The notes: generated by a model from the letters alone, not told the origin. Counted from the first letter of the stretch, positions 1 to 8,160 are shown. The stretch is 24,000 bases of DNA from an uncultured Streptobacillus sp. (GCA_963539215.1 CAUTJT010000002.1:175087-199086), one strand, 5' to 3'. Made by a program: numbers and translations.

Positions 1-73
1 ATTTTTTTTATTTTTTTATTTTGACACTTTGTTCAAAGTATAAACAATCTTAAAAATTATATATATTTAACAT

Positions 74-1840
74 TTATTTTCTTTCTAAAATAACACAATT
101 ATAATTTGAAACTTCAAATAAATTATCTATTAATATATTCACATTATTTTTTTTGAAAGAACTAAATACAATTTCATATTCTCCACTTTCTAGTTCAAAA
201 CTTATAGCTTCATTCGAACTATTAACAAGTACAAATATTTTATCATCTAAAGAGTACATTAAACTTATATCATTAAATTGTAATAATTTAAATTTCTTCT
301 CTATTTCTTCAAAATTATTTAATTTAAATAAAGGATTTTTCTTTCTGTATTCTATTAATTCAGAAATATATTGAACATTTTCTTTGAAATTTTCAGCTCT
401 ATCAAAATCAAATTTATTTATTTCATCCGATAAATTATATGAATTTTCATGTCCAAATTTTGTTCTAAAGAACTCTTGACCTGCATGTAAGAAAGGTATT
501 CCTTGTGAAGTCATCACTAAAGTTGTAGCAATATTTTGCATTTTTATTCTATCAACTAAACTATCTTCAGAATTAGTTATACTAAAATGATCAAATACAG
601 TATTATTATCATGAGCTTCAACATACTGTATTAATTGATCAGGAGAAATATATCCCCTTAAATTAATACCACCTTTAATAGAGTTTATTAATCTATCATC
701 TGATTTACCACCATTTGCAAAACCTTTACCTAATTTTTCGAAAGTAGATCCTCTTAAGGTATCACGTATATCATCACTAAAGAATGAAATTCTTGGCATT
801 TTATAAGCATTTAGCTGATTTGCTCTTTGTTCTTTATCAAGACTTGTATTTAAGTCCCACCCTTCACCAAGGACTATTATTCCTTTATCAATTTCATCTA
901 ATTTTTCTCTTATCTCATTCATAGTATCAACATCAAGTATACCCATTAAATCAAATCTAAATCCATCAAGTTTAAACTCATTTGCCCAATAAAGTATACT
1001 ATCTACTATATATTTTCTTACCATAGGATGATCACTTGCTAGATCATTACCACAAGCACTTCCATTAGAAAATTCTCCATTTTCATAAAATCTAAAAGCT
1101 TCCTTTTGCATAGTTTTCCAAAGGCTATGACTCATAGCATCATACACATGATTATACACTACATCCATTATTACTCTAATACCATTTTCATGTAATACTC
1201 TTACCATTTCTTTTAACTCTCTTATCCTTACATAAGGATCTTTGGCATCTGTAGCAAATGACCCATCAGGTATATTGTAATTAACAGGATCATATCCCCA
1301 ATTATATCTTAATTCCGGATTATTTTCATCAACTGATTCATCGGAAAAATCATAAAAAGGCATAATTTGAACATGTGTAATACCTAATTTTTTTAAATAA
1401 TTTAATTGTTTATCTTCTATTACTCCTAAAAACTTACCTTTATTTACTGCATTTTGAGTAAAATCTCTAACTGATATTTCATAAATTATTGCATCCAATG
1501 GATTTTCAAAACTTTCCATTCTTTCAAAATTATCAATTTGAGTTTTATCTCTATCTATTATTATTCCACTACCACTATTTACTTCACAAGCTATAGCATA
1601 TGGATCAATTGTAATATATCTTTCATTTTCCGTAAATACTTGATACAGATATCTTTTACCTTCAAAATCTCCAGGTAAAACTTGTTGAAACAATCCTATT
1701 TCTTCAATTTTTTCCATACCATAAATTTTTTGTTCTATTATCAAGTCTACATTTATTGCATTAGGAGCATATATCCTAAATTCTGTATATTCTTTATTGT
1801 ACTTTACTCCTAATTCACCTTTGTGTATCTTATATTTCAT
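74..1840 (-). CDS. pulA: Type I pullulanase / alpha-1,6 debranching enzyme (GH13), apparently cytoplasmic
   Basis: 588-aa ORF. It carries GH13 conserved regions DVVYNHV (I), GFRFDLMG (II), EGWD (III) and YVEAHDN (IV), plus the type I pullulanase signature YNWGYDP. The N-terminus (MKYKIHKGELG...) has no signal peptide. SD AAGGTGGG lies 8 nt upstream of the ATG, and the ATG overlaps the malQ stop by 11 nt, suggesting coupling. Confidence 0.9.
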   Translation of the reverse strand: MKYKIHKGELGVKYNKEYTEFRIYAPNAINVDLIIEQKIYGMEKIEEIGLFQQVLPGDFEGKRYLYQVFTENERYITIDPYAIACEVNSGSGIIIDRDKTQIDNFERMESFENPLDAIIYEISVRDFTQNAVNKGKFLGVIEDKQLNYLKKLGITHVQIMPFYDFSDESVDENNPELRYNWGYDPVNYNIPDGSFATDAKDPYVRIRELKEMVRVLHENGIRVIMDVVYNHVYDAMSHSLWKTMQKEAFRFYENGEFSNGSACGNDLASDHPMVRKYIVDSILYWANEFKLDGFRFDLMGILDVDTMNEIREKLDEIDKGIIVLGEGWDLNTSLDKEQRANQLNAYKMPRISFFSDDIRDTLRGSTFEKLGKGFANGGKSDDRLINSIKGGINLRGYISPDQLIQYVEAHDNNTVFDHFSITNSEDSLVDRIKMQNIATTLVMTSQGIPFLHAGQEFFRTKFGHENSYNLSDEINKFDFDRAENFKENVQYISELIEYRKKNPLFKLNNFEEIEKKFKLLQFNDISLMYSLDDKIFVLVNSSNEAISFELESGEYEIVFSSFKKNNVNILIDNLFEVSNYNCVILERK

Positions 1841-3350
1841 CTTTTGTTCCCACCTTATTTAATCTTGAATAAGTCTTAGTTAAATCATAAATTTTTGAAC
1901 TCAAATCTTTAGTTAAACTTTCTTCTTTTATACGCCAAGACCAGTTTCCAAGTGTTGAAGGTCTATTCATACGTCCTTCATCTCCAAGTTCTAAAAAGTC
2001 TTGAATTTGTGCTATAGCCATATTTGCAACTGAACTCCATGCAGCTCTAATAAATCCTAAAACATAATCTTTTTCATCTGTTAAATATAAATATTTTTTA
2101 GCAAATTCTACTTCTTCTTTATTTGCTTTCTCAAACCAAGATTTAACAGTATCACTATCATGAGTTCCTGTATAAACAGCCCAATTTCTTTCAATTTGAT
2201 GAGGTATAAAATCGCTTTCATTATTAGGATCAAATGCAAATTGAAGCATTTTCATACCTGGAAATCCAGTTTTTTCTCTAAATTTAACAACTTCCACTGT
2301 AGTATACCCTAAATCTTCAGCAACTATTTTAATTTTTCCTAATTTTTCTTCTACTTTTTCAAAAAGTGCTTCACCTTCTGCTTTAACCCATTCTCCATTT
2401 CTTGCATCAGCATCATCTTTAGGTACAGCCCAATATGATTCAAATCCTCTAAAATGATCTATTCTTAAAACATCTACATATTTTAAAGTTTTTTCTATTC
2501 TATTTATCCACCATTTAAAATCTTCTTCTTTATGTTTTTTCCAATCATATATTGGATTACCCCATTTTTGTCCTCCTGCACTAAATCCATCTGGTGGACA
2601 ACCTCCAACCTTATCTTTTATGAAAAGTTCAGGATTTTTCCAAACCTCCATACTATCTGGAGCAACATATATAGGCATATCACCTATTACCTCTATACCT
2701 AAACTATTAACATAATTTTTCCAAGATAAATATTGTTCAAAAAATTTAAATTGTAAAAATTTATGATAATTTATTCTATCTTCTAATTCTTTAGTATATT
2801 TGTCTATAGCATCTTTTTCTCTATTCTTTATATCTCTAGGAAAAGATTCAAATGAAACATTACCAAAATGTTCTTTAAGAGCCATAAAAAGTGAATAATC
2901 TTCTATCCAATCAGAATTCTCATTTAAAAATTTTAAATATTTTTCATTAACTTTACTACTCTTTTTAAAATTTTCATATGCAATACCTAAAACTATATTT
3001 CTAGTCGTATAAATTTTACCAAAATCAACTCTTTCTCTATCAGTACCATAATCTAAGTCTTTAAAATCAGACTCTTTTAAATACCCTTCTTTTTCTAAAA
3101 TTTTAAAATCTATAAAATATGGATTACCTGCAAAAGATGAAAATGATTGATATGGTGAGTCACCATAACCTGTAGGCCCTATAGGTAATATTTGCCAATA
3201 ACATTGACCAGATTCTTTTAAAAAGTCTGCAAACTTATATGCCTCTTCTCCTAAATTACCTATACCATATTCACTCCATAGAGAAGATATATGCATTATT
3301 ATTCCACTTTTTCTTTCTTTGTTTATATCTTTATAATTATATTTATCCAT
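1830..3350 (-). CDS. malQ: 4-alpha-glucanotransferase (amylomaltase, GH77)
   Basis: 506-aa ORF with typical MalQ blocks: SGIIMHISSLWSEYGIGNLG near the N-terminus, GDSPYQS, GDMPIYV, LRIDHFRGF, AEDLG and YTGTHD. SD TAGGAG lies 4 nt upstream of the ATG at 3350. Confidence 0.93.
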   Translation of the reverse strand: MDKYNYKDINKERKSGIIMHISSLWSEYGIGNLGEEAYKFADFLKESGQCYWQILPIGPTGYGDSPYQSFSSFAGNPYFIDFKILEKEGYLKESDFKDLDYGTDRERVDFGKIYTTRNIVLGIAYENFKKSSKVNEKYLKFLNENSDWIEDYSLFMALKEHFGNVSFESFPRDIKNREKDAIDKYTKELEDRINYHKFLQFKFFEQYLSWKNYVNSLGIEVIGDMPIYVAPDSMEVWKNPELFIKDKVGGCPPDGFSAGGQKWGNPIYDWKKHKEEDFKWWINRIEKTLKYVDVLRIDHFRGFESYWAVPKDDADARNGEWVKAEGEALFEKVEEKLGKIKIVAEDLGYTTVEVVKFREKTGFPGMKMLQFAFDPNNESDFIPHQIERNWAVYTGTHDSDTVKSWFEKANKEEVEFAKKYLYLTDEKDYVLGFIRAAWSSVANMAIAQIQDFLELGDEGRMNRPSTLGNWSWRIKEESLTKDLSSKIYDLTKTYSRLNKVGTKDEI

Positions 3351-3357
3351 GTTACTC

Positions 3358-4353
3358 CTATCTATATATTATTTCACTTTCTACTACTATGTGATTATAG
3401 TTTAATTCATTTTCCTCTATCTTACTTGTAAGTAAATACACTGCCCCTTTAGCCAATCTATCATATTTAATATCAACAGTTGTAAACGTATAATTTAAAT
3501 AACTTCTTAATTTAGAATTATTAAATCCTGTCACATCCACATTTACTCCTAATTTTTCTACTGCTCTTATAGCACCTATAGCTAAAATATCATCGGTTGT
3601 TATTATAGCATCTATCTTATCTATATTTTTATGTTTTACAACACTATCATATGCTAAATCCGAACTAAACTCAGGAAGAGATAATATATTACTTTCATTT
3701 ATATCAATCTCATTATTTTTCAAAGCATCCATATACCCCTTTTTTCTATAAATAGAAACTGTCATATCACTAGGTCCTGAAATAAATAATATATTTCTTT
3801 TTCCTTTTTTTATTAAATTATTTGTAATATTAAAACAAGATTTAATATTATCATTATCTATCCAAAGTCCCCTAGTTTTATCATTAGGAGTCCCTATTAT
3901 CGTATATGGAAATGATATTTTTTCAAAATATGATATATGTTCATCATCTTCAGTAAAATTAAGAAACATCAAACCATCTATTCTATTACTTTTAATAAGT
4001 CTATATACATTTTCATATGCATCTTCATTATTTTCAAATTGCAAATACAATGTATAATATCCTAAATCTAAAGCATATTTACTAATAAAAGGTATTATTT
4101 CATTATAGTAATCATTTTGAAGTGGATTTTCTTTTTTAGCTGAACTTACAACTACTAGACCTAATATATTACTTTTACTTTTAGTTAAAGAAACAGCTGC
4201 AGAATTTGGGAAATAATCTAACTTTTTAACAACTTCCATAACTTTTTCTTTAGTCTTATCACTTATTAAATTACTATTAGACATAACTCTAGATACTGTT
4301 GCTTCGCTTACATTTGCAATTTTAGCAACATCTTTTATAGTATATTTTTTCAT
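3358..4353 (-). CDS. LacI-family transcriptional regulator (MalR-like, first gene of the malQ-pulA operon)
   Basis: The N-terminal HTH is YTIKDVAKIANVSEATVSRVMSN and the body is a periplasmic-binding-protein-like sugar domain (ITTDDILAIGAIRAVEKLG). The track start at 4374 is a TTG. The ATG at 4353 (MKKYTIKD...) is preceded by AAGGAG, so I use 4353 as the start. Confidence 0.88.
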   Translation of the reverse strand: MKKYTIKDVAKIANVSEATVSRVMSNSNLISDKTKEKVMEVVKKLDYFPNSAAVSLTKSKSNILGLVVVSSAKKENPLQNDYYNEIIPFISKYALDLGYYTLYLQFENNEDAYENVYRLIKSNRIDGLMFLNFTEDDEHISYFEKISFPYTIIGTPNDKTRGLWIDNDNIKSCFNITNNLIKKGKRNILFISGPSDMTVSIYRKKGYMDALKNNEIDINESNILSLPEFSSDLAYDSVVKHKNIDKIDAIITTDDILAIGAIRAVEKLGVNVDVTGFNNSKLRSYLNYTFTTVDIKYDRLAKGAVYLLTSKIEENELNYNHIVVESEIIYR

Positions 4354-4369
4354 ATATGCTCCTTTCTTA

Positions 4370-4383
4370 TGCAAGCACTTACA
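4370..4383. promoter_or_regulatory. Candidate LacI-family operator (TGCAAGCACTTACA)
   Basis: This 14-mer fits the LacI/CcpA-type pattern TGnAAnCGnTTnCA at every defined position except the central CG, which is CA here. It lies 4 nt downstream of the predicted -10 and 17 nt upstream of the regulator ATG, a classic autorepression position. Confidence 0.5.
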
Positions 4384-4387
4384 TTAC

Positions 4388-4416
4388 AGTATACAATCAA
4401 ATCTTAAATTTTTCAA
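4388..4416 (-). promoter_or_regulatory. Sigma70-type promoter of the regulator-malQ-pulA operon
   Basis: On the minus strand: -35 TTGAAA (4416..4411), a 17-nt spacer, then -10 TATACT (4393..4388). Confidence 0.55.
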
Positions 4417-4463
4417 CACTAATTTTTTAAATTTATTTTAGAAAATTTCATACTATTGTTAAC

Positions 4464-4500
4464 AAAAAAATGTTACTCTTTCAAAATTTACTAAAGTAAC
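4464..4500 (-). terminator. Possible rho-independent terminator of the outer-membrane protein gene
   Basis: The minus strand reads GTTACTTT-AGTAAATTTTG-AAAGAGTAAC followed by ATTTTTTTG. The stem is AT-rich and imperfect with a 7-T run. It sits about 250 nt downstream of the OMP stop codon. Confidence 0.35.
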
Positions 4501-4750
4501 AACTTATTTTTTATTCAAACAATCTTCAAAATATATATTTCTAACACTAATATTTATATTATATTTCTTAACTCTTATTATATTTTATTTAATTTCAACT
4601 ATTATTAAATAAAAATTATAAAACTAGATTAAATTTGACAACAAATATAATTAAATGTAAATTGTGAGTATATAAAAACATATACCTCCAAACTTTTAAG
4701 TATAATTATCAGTTCTTCAGTATATGTTTCAAATTAAATTTTAGAATTTA

Positions 4751-5046
4751 TTACCAAACGTATTCAACGTTTAATTTACCTTTTCCTTCAACATTTCTTA
4801 AACCTTTATTGCTTCCTTCTAATGCAATTCCAAATTTAGCACTAACTTCAGGTTTGAATGTTACTTTACCATATTTAATTGTAGCATTAACACTTGGTGT
4901 AACATCTAAAATATGTTTAGTTCCATATGTAGTAAATCTTGCTTTTTCTTTATCTATATCTCTTTGATTTTTAGCAATATAGTCAACTACTGTTTTTTCT
5001 TTTGAAGTTTCAAAGTTATCTTTAACTAATCTATTCATTCCTTCTT
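4751..5046 (-). repeat. Copy A of a diverged ~295-bp direct repeat (3' end of the OMP gene)
   Basis: This segment aligns with 7165..7457. The encoded 97 aa versus 96 aa are roughly 60% identical by eye. A 27-nt run is identical between the copies (4829..4855 = 7243..7269, TCCAAATTTAGCACTAACTTCAGGTTT). Confidence 0.85.
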
Positions 5047-7009
5047 TATTTCTTTCAAATTCAGTTTTTGATAAGTTATATAGATAATCTGTATCAAGTC
5101 CTGCTCCTATAGAGTAATTAGAATTTATAGCATATTCTACATTAGTTTTTAATTCAACTTCACCTTTATGTTCTTTAGTTAAATCTCCTTCAAATGGTTT
5201 AACAAAGCTTCCATAATATCTTCCTAATAATTCAGCACTTGTTGACCATGCTTCTTTTGTATATCCTAATTTAAATGCAAGTTCAGAACCTACATATGAA
5301 TTTTGCTTAGCCTTATTTTCAAAAGCAAATTTATCATCTTTACGTAATACCAATTTATCATATAGTCCAAATTCACCAAAGTTATCAAATCTAGTAGTTA
5401 AATCAAATTCTCCTAATTTTTGTTGGTAACTATTATTAAATACTACATCAACAAATTGGTTAACTTTAGGAAGTAAAGAATTTCCTGGATCTACATCTAA
5501 TCTATAACGTACATCTAATGCATTATTTAAATTAGATGAAGCATAATTAACTCCAAGTCCTGTAACTAATTGATTTTTAACTTTAGACATTCCATATTCA
5601 TTATTTTTAGCTTTAATTTCACCAAATTTAATAGCAAACTTGTCATCTAAAACTCCATTTACTTTAAATCCATTATTAAATCTATATTCTAATTTATTAT
5701 TTGTTTCAAATTCGTTGTATAAGTCTTTAACTACTACTTCTACTTCTGGTTTAAAGTAGCTTGGTTTTCTACTTGTTTTACCTTGTGCTTTTAATAAGTA
5801 TGTAGTATTTTTATTCTTAGTAAATGCAGTCCAATTAGAATTTTCATATTTAACATCAAATACTACAGATGGTACATGTAATAATAATCCTATATTTTCT
5901 TTATATATGATTTTTGATTTACTATCAGTAATACTCTTACCTTCTTTAAGAGGTATATTACTTACTTCCGCGTTATAATTTAATCCAAGTTTTACTTCAA
6001 GATCTTTAACACCAGTATATTTAAATTCATTTTCTACTCCTACTTTGTATGCTCTTTCACTTACAGCATTAGAATTTGAAGGTGTTTTTTCAAGTACTGT
6101 ATATAGATCAAATAATGGTTTAGTAGATACGCTAAATCCGTTGCTTTCTACACCTAATTTAACATTCCCTTTTAATCTTCCACCATATTTGAAGTTATTT
6201 TCTATACTACTATCATCAAATAATTTAGTTTCAACATCAGTAACTTTAACTAAATCTTTAACATCTCCTATTGTATGATCTAATTCACCTGATACATTAA
6301 ATATTCCTAATTGTGTTCCTGCTTTAACAAAATTTTCAACTCTGTTGTATAAAACAGGTCTACTTATTAAAGGTGTTCCATCTTGTTTTAAAGTTTCTCT
6401 ATTTTTTAAGTTATATATACTTCCTAATGAATAATTGAAGTTATCTGCTTTTCCATTTACTATAGCTGATAATAATAATTTATCATTTGAATTTATTGTA
6501 TATTTATCAGTTCCTACATTTTCTTCTTTTTCAGTTTCAAATACATATCCATTTTCTTTATAAAAATCTAATTTATCTTGCTCTTTATAATCTTGTTCTA
6601 ATTCTTTTCTTTTTGCATAGCTCCATACATTTTTTGCACTTAAGCTGTTTTTAAATGCTTCTTCAACTGCTAAATAATCTTTATTTTGATCAGCATATAT
6701 TGTATTTAAAATTAAGTTTGAGTTATTTCCTATTTTAGTGTCTACTCTAGCTCCTATATATGCTTGATTTTTATCTTTGTATTTTAATCCTGTAAATAAA
6801 GTTACATCTTTATTTTCATCTAAATAGAATCCTAAATCTAATTGTCCTTTTAAAGGTACTTTAGCTTTACCTAATTGTACATTTCCAGTACTATCTTTAG
6901 TAACTTCATTTTCAGTTTTTACTTCTCCATTAAATTTTAAATACCCTGTTACATTTGAGAATGAAACAACAGTATTTAGTGCCAATAATCCTAAAATATA
7001 TTTTTTCAT
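4751..7009 (-). CDS. Outer-membrane beta-barrel protein of unrecognised family (putative porin or glycoporin)
   Basis: 752-aa ORF. The signal peptide is MKKYILGLLALNTVVSFS followed by NVTGY. The body is rich in alternating hydrophobic/polar short strands and Y/N/G/K. The C-terminus KLNVEYVW matches the aromatic-terminal beta-signal of barrel proteins. SD GGGAGG lies 6 nt upstream of the ATG. Confidence 0.8.
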   Translation of the reverse strand: MKKYILGLLALNTVVSFSNVTGYLKFNGEVKTENEVTKDSTGNVQLGKAKVPLKGQLDLGFYLDENKDVTLFTGLKYKDKNQAYIGARVDTKIGNNSNLILNTIYADQNKDYLAVEEAFKNSLSAKNVWSYAKRKELEQDYKEQDKLDFYKENGYVFETEKEENVGTDKYTINSNDKLLLSAIVNGKADNFNYSLGSIYNLKNRETLKQDGTPLISRPVLYNRVENFVKAGTQLGIFNVSGELDHTIGDVKDLVKVTDVETKLFDDSSIENNFKYGGRLKGNVKLGVESNGFSVSTKPLFDLYTVLEKTPSNSNAVSERAYKVGVENEFKYTGVKDLEVKLGLNYNAEVSNIPLKEGKSITDSKSKIIYKENIGLLLHVPSVVFDVKYENSNWTAFTKNKNTTYLLKAQGKTSRKPSYFKPEVEVVVKDLYNEFETNNKLEYRFNNGFKVNGVLDDKFAIKFGEIKAKNNEYGMSKVKNQLVTGLGVNYASSNLNNALDVRYRLDVDPGNSLLPKVNQFVDVVFNNSYQQKLGEFDLTTRFDNFGEFGLYDKLVLRKDDKFAFENKAKQNSYVGSELAFKLGYTKEAWSTSAELLGRYYGSFVKPFEGDLTKEHKGEVELKTNVEYAINSNYSIGAGLDTDYLYNLSKTEFERNKEGMNRLVKDNFETSKEKTVVDYIAKNQRDIDKEKARFTTYGTKHILDVTPSVNATIKYGKVTFKPEVSAKFGIALEGSNKGLRNVEGKGKLNVEYVW

Positions 7010-7038
7010 ACTTTTCCTCCCTAACTATTTTCAAGTAT

Positions 7039-7067
7039 ATTTTATCAACGTTTTTTATTATTGTCAA
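7039..7067 (-). promoter_or_regulatory. Near-consensus sigma70 promoter of the OMP gene
   Basis: On the minus strand: -35 TTGACA (7067..7062), a 17-nt spacer, then -10 TAAAAT (7044..7039). It lies about 30 nt upstream of the ATG at 7009 and downstream of the terminator at 7124..7153. Confidence 0.6.
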
Positions 7068-7123
7068 CTTTTTTATTTATTTTAGCCAAATTAGCTATTT
7101 TGTATATACAAATATATATTTTT

Positions 7124-7153
7124 GTAAATAAAAAGACCTCATTTCTGAGGTCT
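7124..7153 (-). terminator. Rho-independent terminator of the chimeric ORF
   Basis: The minus strand reads AGACCTCA-GAAA-TGAGGTCT, a perfect 8-bp stem with GC content, followed directly by TTTTATTTAC. It starts 11 nt after the stop at 7165. Confidence 0.75.
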
Positions 7154-7164
7154 AATCATATATA

Positions 7165-7457
7165 TTACCACATATATTCTACGTTTAATTTACCTTTAAC
7201 TTCAATATTAGTTAATCTAAATAAATCAGATTTTAATCCAAATCCAAATTTAGCACTAACTTCAGGTTTAACTGTTACTTTACCATATTTTAATTCAGCA
7301 TTTACTTTAGGTATTACATCTAATATATGTAAGTTGCTATCTTCCAATCTTGTTAATTCTTTAAGAATATCTTTTGGTTTAGCGTAGATATAATCCTCTA
7401 CTGATTTTTCTACTGAAGTTTTGAAGTTATCTTTCATCAATCTGTTGATTCCTTCTT
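7165..7457 (-). repeat. Copy B of the diverged ~295-bp direct repeat (OMP 3' end embedded in the chimeric ORF)
   Basis: See copy A. Homology ends at about 7457, corresponding to about 5046 in copy A. Beyond that point the two sequences are unrelated. Confidence 0.85.
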
Positions 7458-8028
7458 CAGTAGAATCATCATTTTCTATATATTTTGAATCTCTTTTTAC
7501 CCTATTTTGAACGTGTTGATAAACTATTTTTATATCTGATATCTTATAATTTCTATAATCCTGACATTTATAACAATAACAGAATAAATAAGATCTACCT
7601 TCTTGTTCGTATGCTTTTATAAAATAAGGATCAACTCTTCTTACTTTACCATGATATTTTATACTTATTTGTTTTTCAAAATTGATTGCATTTTCTATTG
7701 GAGAAAATATATCTTGAAAAATTATTTTCTCTCTTGTAGTCCTCAAATTATTTATATAATTAATAAATAAACTTCTGATAAAATCAGAGATCGTTTCAAA
7801 TTCTCTTCTTTTTAATTCATCCATAAATATATCATCATTATATTTATCTAAATTAAACTGTAATATTTTAGTCGTTTCTCTTTCAAAATTAATAGAAATT
7901 ATTTTTTTATCTAAATAATATTTGAAAATTCTATTCCCTATACCTCTAGCTTCTATATCAAAATAATCAGAATCTGAAATAATAATATTGTGAACAAATT
8001 CTAGCAAATTTGATCTTACTTTAATCAT
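7165..8028 (-). CDS. Chimeric protein: RHH/WYL-like regulator module (aa ~1-190) fused in frame to an OMP C-terminal fragment (last 96 aa)
   Basis: The reading frame is uninterrupted. The N-terminal part has no signal peptide. It contains a WYL/SH3-like pattern, QISIKYHGKVRRVDPYFIKAYEQEGRSYLFCYCYKCQDYRNYKISDIKIV. The C-terminal part, EGINRLMKDNF...KVTVKPEVSAKFG...KGKLNVEYMW, is paralogous to the end of the 752-aa OMP. The track start at 8043 is a TTG. The ATG at 8028 has GAGAGG 7 nt upstream, so I use 8028. The ORF may be a functional fusion or a recombination fossil. Confidence 0.6.
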   Translation of the reverse strand: MIKVRSNLLEFVHNIIISDSDYFDIEARGIGNRIFKYYLDKKIISINFERETTKILQFNLDKYNDDIFMDELKRREFETISDFIRSLFINYINNLRTTREKIIFQDIFSPIENAINFEKQISIKYHGKVRRVDPYFIKAYEQEGRSYLFCYCYKCQDYRNYKISDIKIVYQHVQNRVKRDSKYIENDDSTEEGINRLMKDNFKTSVEKSVEDYIYAKPKDILKELTRLEDSNLHILDVIPKVNAELKYGKVTVKPEVSAKFGFGLKSDLFRLTNIEVKGKLNVEYMW

Positions 8029-8133
8029 AACAATGCCTCTCAACGATTTAATTCTTGTATAAATTTCACCATTTTACCCTTTTATAAACAAGGAATGATT
8101 CATTTAAATAAATATTACCTTTTAAAATTTTAT

Positions 8134-8160
8134 ATCCTTATTAAAAAAGGATTTTTTTTA
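8134..8160. other. Hairpin plus T8 tract (orphan or bidirectional terminator-like element) in the 0.5-kb gap
   Basis: ATCCTT-ATTAAAA-AAGGAT is followed by TTTTTTTT on the plus strand. No plus-strand gene lies upstream of it. On the minus strand the same hairpin sits between the pgmB operon and the chimeric ORF. Confidence 0.35.

Noticed and set aside
1-73. Terminator downstream of pulA
   Set aside because: There is only a 5-bp ACTTT/AAAGT hairpin, and the T-runs are on the wrong side for either strand. The real terminator may lie outside the window.
153-374. 73-aa plus-strand ORF inside pulA
   Set aside because: It is a shadow ORF antisense to a well-supported GH13 gene, with low-complexity S/L/N composition and no SD.
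6045-6278. 77-aa plus-strand ORF inside the barrel gene
   Set aside because: It is an antisense shadow ORF with no SD or recognisable motif.
7061-7387. 108-aa plus-strand ORF spanning the OMP promoter, the terminator and the chimeric ORF 3' end
   Set aside because: It crosses a terminator hairpin and a promoter and runs antisense to the conserved barrel-tail repeat, so it looks like an AT-rich frame artefact.
8040-8072. 10-codon mini-ORF (MVKFIQELNR) just upstream of the chimeric ORF, possible leader peptide
   Set aside because: It is very short and has a weak, closely spaced SD-like AAAGGG. It is indistinguishable from chance in this composition.
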